The notes under the pieces are model-generated. The model did no database searches. It worked only from the letters and a program-made list of their open reading frames with translations, and had not been told where the DNA came from. The position numbers and the translations under genes were made by a program. A DNA stretch of 62,119 nt, counting the filler, from Sphacelaria rigidula (Eukaryota), in assembly GCA_964200075.2 (NCBI GenBank). It is 5 parts of 5 records of this genome, joined end to end, with 100 filler letters (N's around TTAATTAATTAA, not from the genome) between each part and the next. Parts side by side here need not be neighbours in the genome. Positions count along the whole stretch, not along the records: positions 49,780 to 62,119 come from CAXNAA020003874.1; 4 more parts are not named here. One strand, 5' to 3'. Below, piece after piece: positions 51,561 through 62,119 of the stretch (its first letter is position 1; each line of letters opens with the position of its first letter).

Positions 51561-54500
51561 TCAGAAGGTGTCGAAGATCATCAAGTTTTCGTCCAGGCGC
51601 AAAAGAGCTGTGTCCAGTCTGTCAAGCGATCTCTTCACTTTCTCTAATCGCTCCCGCTCGGCATCGTTACTCACACGCGCCGCCGCATCGTGAATGAACA
51701 GCTCCTGCCAGGTGCAACATAGCACACACAGTGATGGGCAACTTGTAGGCGAGGACGCCGAACCATGATGCCACTGCTGGTAGTAGCGCATCTATCAGAT
51801 GATTCAGGAGAAGTGATCAATTTCTCGGTGCCCAACTGTAATTAGTGCGTGCTAAAGCTTTGATAGCTCGTAAATACTCCAAAGGAGGTCGACTGCTGAA
51901 TAGTGTCTTGGTCATTTTTCACGAGACCAACACACGCATACACCTTTCACGAAGATGGTAACTTCATATTGTGAGCTAAGTGCGAACATCTTGCGCTCAC
52001 GACACCTTACGCCAACCACGTTGTCAACGATGTACTTCATGTCGTGCCCCCACGGCAAATCTCGCTCCTTGCAAGAATCATTCGACAACAGGTGCTTCGC
52101 AACGGCTATTCGCCAACGGCTAGTGGACAGTGATTAGCTGACAACGGCCGTCGCGGCAACCTCCACCTTCCATTGATAGTGTTATGTTGTCACCTTATAC
52201 CTTATCGTTGGAGTACACGAATTTCCGCCTCAGGCGCATGTTGAGCATCGCCTTGTACAAGCTATCCATCACCACCTGCGACACCTGACTTGTACAACAG
52301 CCCAGGTCCACCACGAGGAAAAACGCGGAGGGAGTTTGAACCGTTAGCGCGGGTGGCAACATCTCTTCGCGCTTTCGGTCAGGGAGGGGGGGGGGGGGAG
52401 CACACGACATTTTCGAGCTTCGAGAGCGGGAGGGGGGTGAGGGGGGTGGAACGGGTGAAGCTGCTGCCCGAGATGGAGACAGTGAACGACACGGCGTCCA
52501 CAGCATGTTACTATCCAGTGACAGAAGCGAATGGCAAAATGGTGAAACCAAGAGTAACACATGTGGAGCAATGACGATATGCAGTGACAATATGCATTTA
52601 CATATAGAGGAGGTCTTCGTTGAACGCGGCAGTAAAGAAAACAAAATAAAAAGCGAATCTGCAGCGCGTCAGCAGCCACACGGCCCTGTGACCGTGGCAT
52701 GTGGCATGCGCTAGCATGTTTGCTCCAAGGAAAAATAGATGGCACCTCTTCGCCACATGGCTAGCGCATTCACTGGACGTATATGGCTCTCTCAGGATCA
52801 CAAATGTGACGCCAACGGAAAGTGAAGTGTATCAAGAATCATTGCGATAGCCCACCTGGTCATGCTTGATGGTCCAAAGGTAGTAGGTTGTATTGGGATT
52901 GCGATCCGCTCTTCTTGGCACCTCCTGCACGGACACCATCCTGCTCAAAGGACGACAAATAACCACCGAAAGACGTCAAAGTATTCCAAGACGGCAAAAA
53001 TGACGCAGAGCCCATGACGAGCAAGCACCAACGGGGTAGAACCAACAGCGACACCACCCCGGAATGGCCAAAATTCTTGTAGCCAAAAAGGTCGACGCGA
53101 GGTCATCGGATGTTCGTCCACCCAAGGCGACGCGTCCGTTGGGAAATGCGAGGAACGCGAGCGAATTCTTGACTGCGTCAACACAGACACGTTCATGGTT
53201 CACCGTCGTCTTATTAAATGTATAGTGCATAGTGCATTGTGCATTGTGCATTGTGTCTAGTGTAAAGTTCAAACATACCAACAACATAACGACGGGAAAT
53301 TCAACCATGTGGTTTTACTCGAAGACCAGCGGCAGCAATAAATTTCAACATGTCACGCAGAGGGAGTTTCAGGTGCGTCCGCTTAGCTGCTACAAGTACA
53401 GCCGTAATGGATTTCGTGTGACCTACCTGTCTTTCAGGAGGCAGTAAAGTCTTGTCCTCGCGTCTCCCGCTGGGATCATGGCCATCTCACCCACTTGCTG
53501 TTGCTCCAGGTATTTCTTCTGCAGCAAAATCTGCGGAAGAGAAGAAGAGATGGGGCACCAGCATTAGGAATCAACATGTTCTACTGCAGAGACAGTAGGG
53601 TATCATATTTTTATGCACTTCAAGCTTTTGTGATACTACACCGTACACAAGTATGTTATCCCAAACTGTGAACCTAAAATCTTGTGAGTAGCGTTGCATA
53701 CCTTGCCGTAAAAAAAGTACAAGTGCAAGTACAAGTACAAGTAAGAGTAAGAGTACAACGGACACAGTGACTCCAAAAGCTCTTGAAATGAAGCTGGCAA
53801 ATGGAACGGCACCACGGAGTGGAAGGCGACATGATACAAAACGAGTCAACACATGGCACACATCTGAACGAGCCACGGTCTGACCTCCATGATCCTCCCC
53901 GTCTCGGCGCCATATTTGTCCCTGACGGTGCACCTGATGAGCGTTTTCTGCATGTACCGTATCATGTCGGCCATTTTCACGACGTACCGTGGGTTCTGCG
54001 GATCGGCTCCCGAGATCTGCACATCACACATCACGATATACACACAAACACGCGAGGAGTGCGGCTACAAATCACACGACAATGAATGAAAACACAAGGG
54101 GAAATGTATGCGTCACCACAATCGACAACAGGGAACGGATACACAAATACAAACATGGGGACTACAAGCTCAATCACAAGCCGATAATTTACAACACATG
54201 AGAGCTTGAGCAAAATTGACAAGAGGAACACGAGAGCGCGGCCGTTGCAAGATAGCCTAGTACCGAATTCGATATATGTGTGTGTGTGTGTGTATATGGC
54301 ACAGTGTATGATGGTCGACCCAAATACTGTGTGCTGTCCGTCCGTCTGTTAAGCTGTACAGGCTGGTTCACGGTGATCACCCAAAATTGTGTCATCCGCA
54401 AATGCCTTCCGCAATATGCACCCAATAGTCGCGTATATGGTATCATACTGACTGCAATGAAGAGACGAACAGGGTGACACAGCCGGATTTTTGTTCAAGG

Positions 54501-57500
54501 CCGTAGCGGTGGCGCTATGGGCGAAAATGTGTCTGAGCCAATCAGCGCCCTTCAAACTGTTCCGAGATCAAAATTACGAATACCAAGGCCAATTTTCACT
54601 CAATCTCTACATGCTTCAGATCGTAGTAACCGTCATCGAGACGGGAATCTAACGAGAGAATCATATTTTTAAAACGGTTACTACGGGGCTCGAATTATAC
54701 CCGAAACCGTGATGTTTCGGTGATGTCGGGTGTTGGCGTCGTCTAATTTCCACCAATGATACGCACGAAAGACCCAGGGAGCCTCGTGACGATATCCTCT
54801 ATATCTGTTGTAGAAAAGCTCAGATCGCCCTCAAACTCGGCAGTTCCGTAGGTATTGATGCTCAAAATGGAAAAATTGTATTTCTTGACAACATATCATG
54901 GTTTCTCGGTTCTCTACCGGCTTCCGGAGGTCCCAGCATGAAGACCTCCGGAAGGCGGTACAGAATGCCCTAAGAGAAAAATAATGAAATGATGCGTCCC
55001 GGGAGAGTCCAAGGAACACATGTACAAAGTTTGGTGGAGAAAATCGAAAACCTCATACAGTTTTTCTTGCCTTGACGTCAAATTCACCCCAAAAGACGTT
55101 TCCATACTAGAACCAAGTAGTTAGGAGTTGCACTTTTCAAGCCCACGTCCTTCACAAACGAGCAAAGTTCCACGCTGTCAGCAGGAGTTAGATCCTTTGC
55201 TGTGTATCATTAAGCAACTTTCTACGGACGATGTTTGTTGTACTTCTTGATTTTTTCACCGTTTTTCGGGGGTCCGACCGGATCGAAGTCGTTTTTCGAA
55301 GTAGTCTCCATTCTGGGACCCCAGAAAAACGGCACTACGATATTCTTTTAATCTTTTCGCGGACTATCTGCCTCCGCAGAACCCAAGGATGGACTCCACG
55401 AATTTTCGTCGCAAAACTCGATCAACTGATGCTTGAATTTCCATCTTCCCGTCTAAGAAGGCCCAAAAACGCCGTTTTGTTACTAAAACCAAGTAGTTTG
55501 CGGTTTCACCGCGGTACGGCAAAGTTCATCGCACAAAAGCGAAAAACCTCACGCCGTTTTAAGGAGTTAGACTCTGAAATTTCGCACAACTGTGCCTTGG
55601 GACATTACGCAACTTTGGATGGACGAGTTTTTTTTTCCCCCGTTTTACGGGGGTCCGATTGGGTCGAGGTTTCCCCAAAAAAACTGGGAACTCCGAAAAA
55701 CGGTGAAAAAAGTAAAGAAGTACAAAAACCTCTACCTTCGAAAGTTGCGTAATTACCCATACAATATTCGTGCAAAATTCAAGGGTCTAACTCCTTAAAA
55801 CGGCGTGAGGTTTTGCCGATGAGTGTTTTTTGGGTGATGAACATGAACCAGCCTGTAAAGAGTCCTGTTCTGCAGTACTAATCGCAGTGTTCACCGCATG
55901 GCCTTTCACGCTTAGTGTGCAATGTTGCTATTTATACCTGGGGGAAGCAGCAATATTTGCAGTTACCTACGGGAGAACGCGTTTCTCATCGAACGAGTGA
56001 AAAAATGTACGGTCAGGATATCCCCCCTTCAAGGTCGCCGATTAAAGGCCAAGTCCGGACGAACGCTGTGCCAAAGCGTTGCTGGGAAGCGACTGCAATC
56101 TCATGTTAATACCAACATAGTGAGCAGTCACCCTCCAAGGTCGATCCCGAGATAGGGCCGGAGTTTCCAAAAGACATGCAGGTCTCAGAATGAGGTCAAC
56201 AGTCTACGTTAATCTTGCCCAGGGATATTCGTTCGAGCTGGGGTCTGAATGAAATGGTCACTGGGAAGAGAAATAACCACAACCGGAGGGACAGCTGTGC
56301 CACAGGCATTGCTCTCTCGGCAAAATTCGCATGAAACCCGTGCGTGTATGGTATCCGGCAGCCTAGGTGCCTATAGCTGCAAGCGTTGACTTCGCACCAA
56401 CCGGTGAGGGGCTGACAGGATGTTTACGCCTAGAACCGGCACTGTGCGATTTGTTGAAGAAGTGCGACCCGTAGCGCACACCCTGCAAACACCACGAACA
56501 CAGTATTACTTATGGGGAACTCTTGCAACCGCGCAAAACGCATCAAGTTGAACCTTCCCGATGCGTCCAGAAGGGAACACGCGGATGACTGTACGCTCTG
56601 CGGCACGTGTTGTGAAAGGTCAGCCCTTCAATGTTCGCAAATGGACAACTATACTTGACAGTTGTTGTCAAGTAAACACCATCCCGACCTGACAGTTGGA
56701 CACCCCAGGCACTTCAGGGTGTATCCATGTACTCATGAGCCATACGCACACACGGGCATCAATTTCGATAATCATAAAACCGGAGAATGCCGACATCGGG
56801 TATAACCAACCGTGCAAGTCCGCCGAAATGAATCCTGCGCGTACCCACATGAATGAACGACATAACCGGCACCCGTCAAAGACAGGCCTGTGCCATGCCC
56901 GTGCCGAGCCCATCTCAACGAGATTCAAAATGAAATTCTTCGCCAGAGAGTGTGTTCGAGCTCGTCGACTATTTTTCAGCACTTGACGAGTCATATTCGT
57001 CCATATGCAGTGGGGGTTCATACATAATTTAATTGCCTTGCAATGTCCAAGAGCCAAATTTGAGCCTACCATGGTCAGAAGGCAAATACAACGATGGTAG
57101 GGAATTGAAAAGAAAAACCGCACAGCCGTGGCATGGTACTAGCCTTGGAAACCATGGCCGTGAGGTCGGAGCACAAGGCAGACATCCACGACACGAATCG
57201 CCGCCAATCGGGTACGGCCTTGTTTCTCGTGAGAGGGTCGGTTGGCCACACTTTACACAGCTTGTCGAAGAGCTCCGTAGCGCTGCAGGGTAAGAGGAAC
57301 ACCGCGCAAGACCGAAAATACCGAAAAATCGCGACAAAACAACAACAAATACGTTCAAAGGGTCAGGACCAGTCGATAAATGCTCACTACGCTAGTTGAG
57401 CGGAGACTATTCTGTGCTGCCTCCGCCGATTGCTCCGCGCTACGGTTGGCTGCAACATGGGTCAACATGGGTCGTACCGACGAGTACCACGTGGGAGCTG

Positions 57501-60500
57501 ACTAAAAAAGTAAATCGAGCCGTCAGGAGCGAGCCCAAGGACGAAAAAATCGAACGTGATCGCGAGATACATCGTGCTCCCGCAAGCTACCTGTACTTTC
57601 CAATAAATTGCGCTTGAAAACCATCACCAGCTAGCTAGTTTTTCGTTTTCATTTTCAAAACAAAACCAAATCCATAGCGCTGTGGCTGCAGCTTGGCCTG
57701 TGCACCATGCGCCAAGTGCGTGCCGTTAAACTCACATCTACGTAGATTCTGCAAACCAAACGAAACACGGCGGAACACGAACTTCGACACGAACTTCGAG
57801 CCACTGCAAGCAGCTACTCTCGCTGACCCGCTGACCTGATGCTAGCCGTAGTCTCTTGGTTAACCTTCCTCTCTGTGGGAGCAGAGTTCTCCATCATCAG
57901 CTTCATGGCCATGTAGGCCAGCTTGCTCTTAGGAAATCTGTCTTGCACTAGTCCTAGCAGCGCTATTTGCCGGAAATCTCTGTGGAACTGTCGACAGACA
58001 CGGTAAGTATGGGCATCGGTACCTTTACACGCGCACATGAGGTCATGGATGATTCCACGGCTAGAAATGATGTTACGTTACGTCATCGCCACCATGATTA
58101 CTACGGCAATGGATAGGGGAAGGGGTGTCGACAAGCGCGGCATTCGGTACAGCTCGACCAATGAAGCGGGCGTATGAGTGCAGGATAAACGACGGAAGTG
58201 CGCACGTCGCACATGACTGGACTGTGGTGTGCAATCGGGCACGATGAGTAAAGCAAAAGGAGGAATACAAGTCCATTTCTTGCGCCAGATATCTCGGCAG
58301 AGTCGCACATCTACCGTAATACCGTACCTGGACCGACCCCATCAACTACACCCGAGACTACTCTACACGTTGCGGAGCAATGACATCCCCAGTCCCCCGT
58401 CACACATGATGCCACTACTACCGCCTGCACTCTATTATAGCGTATATGATGAATATACGTGCCGCTGAAACGCGAAGGAGCTCATGTGGTTGAATACACC
58501 CTTTACGAGCGCATGTATCCTCCAGCTTCACCATGTCGCCAGGCGACAACAACAGCGAGTAAGAGAGTACCTCATACATCAAGCATTTCAGGCAGCGTAG
58601 ATAGACCGCAACACCTCCGACAAACAAAATCCTGCAACAAACATGCAACATCCTCAGCAGCAACGACAAGAACAATAAAAACGATGGCAACAAATAAAGC
58701 AACAACAACAGCAACAGCAGACACACCCTATCGATGCCGAGCTTCCAAACCACAGTATCCAGCACGGTAGCCCCCGCCCCGGCTCCACGCGCCCCCGCCA
58801 GCCCGCCAGCCACCCCCTCGTCATCACCTTCATCCGACCCCTCCTCATGAAACACATCGTCCATATCCAAACGCGCGCCGTTAGCCTTTCCCTTTCCCTT
58901 TCCCTTGCCCGAGGCAGCTCGACCCTTTCCGCCCCTGAGCGAACGGCCTCGGCCTCTCCCCCTTGTTCTAGCAGGTGCGGTCTTACGGTCGCCGTTGCTG
59001 GCAGCGGTGGATGAAGACGATGATCTTTTTAATCGTTTGGCGGGGGGAAGGCGGTTGGCGTTCGATGGTTCGTGTTGTCCCGTGACCGAGGACATGCTAA
59101 GGCCCTGCATCTCCACCGGAAGCTCGTCCTCATCTTCATCGTCTGTGTCGGCTAGGTCGCCGCCGCCAGCGCTGCCGCTTCCGGTAGAGCCGTGGTGCTG
59201 CCGCGTTTCACGTCCGAAAAGGTTACGAAAAAAAAACGAGGTCTGCAACAAGGGTTTGAAGAAACACCCTGCTCCTTGCTGCACGTGTTTCCAAGAGCAA
59301 CGCCAGTAGTCCTATTCATGTGTTGTTGAGCGCAAGCTGACCCCCACAATACACACGAGCTAGCAAAGATCTCAGGGTCATTATGAGGGTGACGTAGCTA
59401 TCCAAGCCCGACGTGTGTACAATGACCGCACCCAGTTCACACGTGTACTGTTCAACAAAGCACAGGTGGAGGTTGATATGGTGATCCTGTACAGCCCGAC
59501 GCTCCCACGGGCAAAAGGGGAATGGACTTGGAAAATCGCGTTCTGTATGAAGTGGGCAGTTGGAATATGACCGTGCGGAAATCGAGAGCAGCATCAAGGT
59601 GGGAGCTTGAGGGAAGGCAATTGAAAGAAACGAACCTATGGAAAAAACAGGCAAGTAGAACAAGTCCGGGAAAGTTTCCGTATTTTTCTTTGTGGTACGA
59701 TAACAACTACGATAACAACCAAGTCTCGGAGCGTACGGATACTAACTATCCTTGGAATATGCGGTGCATCACACGCCGCTGTAATATCCATCGCAATGAG
59801 GCAGGCCTCCCTCCGTGATGACAGTATAACAGAGAGTCCCGACACAAACAACAGACAACCGTCGACTCAGCACCATTTCAGGAAAGTCAGCTTGGGCACC
59901 GCAGCATCATGCTGAATTCCACTGGACGCAAGATAACCAATTGGGCAAGACAAACCACACCAAACTAAGAACGGAGCACCAATCTGGATTACGACGTGAT
60001 CAAGCGACTAGCGTACGATTGGATCAGTGAGAACACAGAACAACAAATCCGCGCGTCAATACGGGAGACCACCAAAGTTCGGCGCGAACAGCAAGGGTGG
60101 CACCTTACCCCCAGCAACCTCCGCTTCCTTGCGTTGGTTTGTTTCGCAGCCTTCTCCTGCCTGGCCGCCAGCTCCGCGTTCTGCACATTCCCGCCACCGT
60201 TCGCGCCACTCGCCTCACCGTTTGCCCCGCCCTCGCCCTTCACGGCTGCGGGTATTTTGGCGAAAGTCATCGACGGTTTTCTGGCCAGAACCAATCAAAC
60301 CATCAACAACCCATGGTGCACAATGACAATGACAATGACAATGGCAAAGACAGTGACAATGACAACAACAGTCGTTACGAACATTCAGCCATCAATAGGT
60401 TATTTATGAATTAAGCACAAGCATACTCCACATAAACAACCAACCATTGAACAGAATAGAGTAGAATCGATTTGAAGTAACCCACGAACCAAACCAGGCA

Positions 60501-62119
60501 ATATACTAACTGAGATTTAGAAATGATGCCATCCAATTGACACAGATCACACATTTCTACTTGACAGCGGTGAGAGAGGCAGTGCACTACTTGACAGCGG
60601 TCTTCATGACTCGCCCGCGCGTTGGCTACCAAAGAACTCACGGCTGCGAGGCACCCAATCAACGCGATCGTACCTCGCCATAGCAATACACAAAAGTAGG
60701 CTCACAGGCAATATTGGCCGCGTCTTTTGCCCTGTTCTGTTTTATTTTCCCTCTCCCCTCCGCCCCCTCTTTTCCAGCCTAATGTGTTTGTCCTTCCTCT
60801 TCCCGTTGAACATACCCCCTCCCCCTGAATGTACCTCATGCCTCGACTGTCCTTCCTGGAATGTCCTTCGGGAGTGCTTCCGTTTGTTTTCGTTACGTGC
60901 GTCTACCTTTTGACCTCGTCTGTGTATTGACCGCGGGTCACTGAAAGTGAAACAAGCAGTCAATCGGACCAATCAGATGACGTACAGTACTGGAGCATTA
61001 TTACGTCCCGAGCGGTGAAGGTCCGCGACGTTGCACCATTACACTGCACAACAGAGCACACTACGCACCGTGACTGCGTGGTTTCCTGCCATGAATATTT
61101 CATATATCTCACTTTGCTTTTTCTGGTTCCACGCCCGGCGTGACGAGATCGAGCTTCTTTACTTTGTCGACGTACTTGGCCATCACCATCTCCTCGAACG
61201 TTTTCTGTATCTTGTCCACTGTCACTTCTACCGCACGTAACACAAACACATTCACGCACGCACGCACGCAAGCAAGCAGCACGCACAAGAGCATAAATCA
61301 CACCACAGCCCGACACAGTACATGAGGCATCAGGCATGAGGCATCAGGCACAGAGTTCACACCAATCGCAAGCACAGACACAAAAAACATAACTAACAAC
61401 GCAGTAGAGCGCTCTTCTACAGTATTGTCCACAATCAGCGATATTTCCACAAGAACAACACGAACGATCGCGGTCCAATACGTATTTTGCATGCTGTCCA
61501 CAACCACTTTACTATCCGTCATCTGCAAAGTTCCTCTAATATTTGTCGCAGGAGGTTTTGGACTTGGACATCAAGGGCATCCCATGAACTTCATATTTGC
61601 CCATTTAGACCACTCAAGACGACTAGCTAGTTCTGCATCCAGTCAGCGGGTCAGAGGCGCCCACAACGATCAAACATGGCGGTACCTGTGTCTATGCATT
61701 TGTACTTCGACCTTCCATTGTGTCTCACAGGTGAACTCGACAACAAAGACAGCAGAGTACATGCAACAAACGACGGCGACGGCGTAAGTTCCACCGCACT
61801 AGAGTTTTGATTTATTTGCCCTGTCCGCACTACTCAATCTCCGACGGAAAGTCGGGCATCGCTGCAGAGCTCAGGCCCATACCTTTCACCGAGAGGGCTG
61901 CTGACTCCCCACCCCTATATACATTGATTGCCCTTCAGAGCGAATGATCGAAAATAACAACTACTTCAGCAACAATTATATTGTTTCTCCTTTCTTTTTA
62001 TTCCCCAAAGCTCATAGTTGCACAGTTGATATGTACTAATAACTACCTCCGTTCCCCGTCCTCCGACGAAGGCCATGACCGGTCTTGTCGGTACGGCGTG
62101 GGAGGGTCTTTTCGGCGGG
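51561..62119 (-). CDS. RPC3: DNA-directed RNA polymerase III subunit RPC3 (RPC62/C82), 5'-partial. Exons: 62119-62047 and 61914-61883 (tentative), 61227-61113, 60280-60109, 59197-58727, 57987-57836, 57282-57144, 54016-53885, 53530-53427, 52940-52856, 52284-52201, 51704-51561
   Basis: All joins are phase-consistent. Peptide includes VWKLGIDR|FHRDFR, VRDKYGAETGRIME|ILLQKKYLEQQQVGEMAMIP..DARTRLYCL, VQEVPRRADRNPNTTYYLW, LYKAMLNMRLR and LDRLDTALLRLDENLMIF*, typical of POLR3C winged-helix and C-terminal coiled-coil regions. Confidence 0.9.
54359..55855. mobile_element. Non-autonomous Tc1/mariner-like element (1.5 kb) in an RPC3 intron
   Basis: TA-caggctggttcacggtgatcacccaaaa...ttttgggtgatgaacatgaaccagcctg-TA; internal inverted segments at ~55183-55272, ~55545-55575 and ~55690-55813. 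Confidence 0.85.

Noticed and set aside
55231-55752. 173-aa ORF inside an RPC3 intron
   Set aside because: Lies within the repeat arms of a non-autonomous TIR element and has no transposase motifs

Overview
The window is eukaryotic, repeat-rich and intron-rich DNA. A brown alga (Ectocarpus-like) is inferred from the long GT-AG introns, TTAGGG-type repeats and the gene and transposon families. It is not one locus: five contigs of almost equal, descending length (12346, 12345, 12344, 12344, 12340 bp) are joined by an artificial 100-nt N44-TTAATTAATTAA-N44 linker. Contig 1 has a decayed IS630/Tc1-type DDE transposase, several MITEs and a spliced, 5'-partial TKL-type protein kinase. Contig 2 has a ~148-bp tandem repeat and a decayed Ty3/Gypsy element whose integrase ends in a chromodomain-like plus Tudor-like module. 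Contig 3 has a structured SINE-like insertion and a decayed Ty1/Copia element whose gag is split by a 1.9-kb TIR element with a 4-bp TSD. Contig 4 has a divergent gene pair: a hypothetical spliced gene and a SAP + low-complexity + SURF2-like gene. Contig 5 has most of a spliced RNA polymerase III subunit RPC3 gene. No prokaryotic operon, CRISPR array, rRNA or complete tRNA was seen. All domain calls come from reading motifs by eye, not from database searches.
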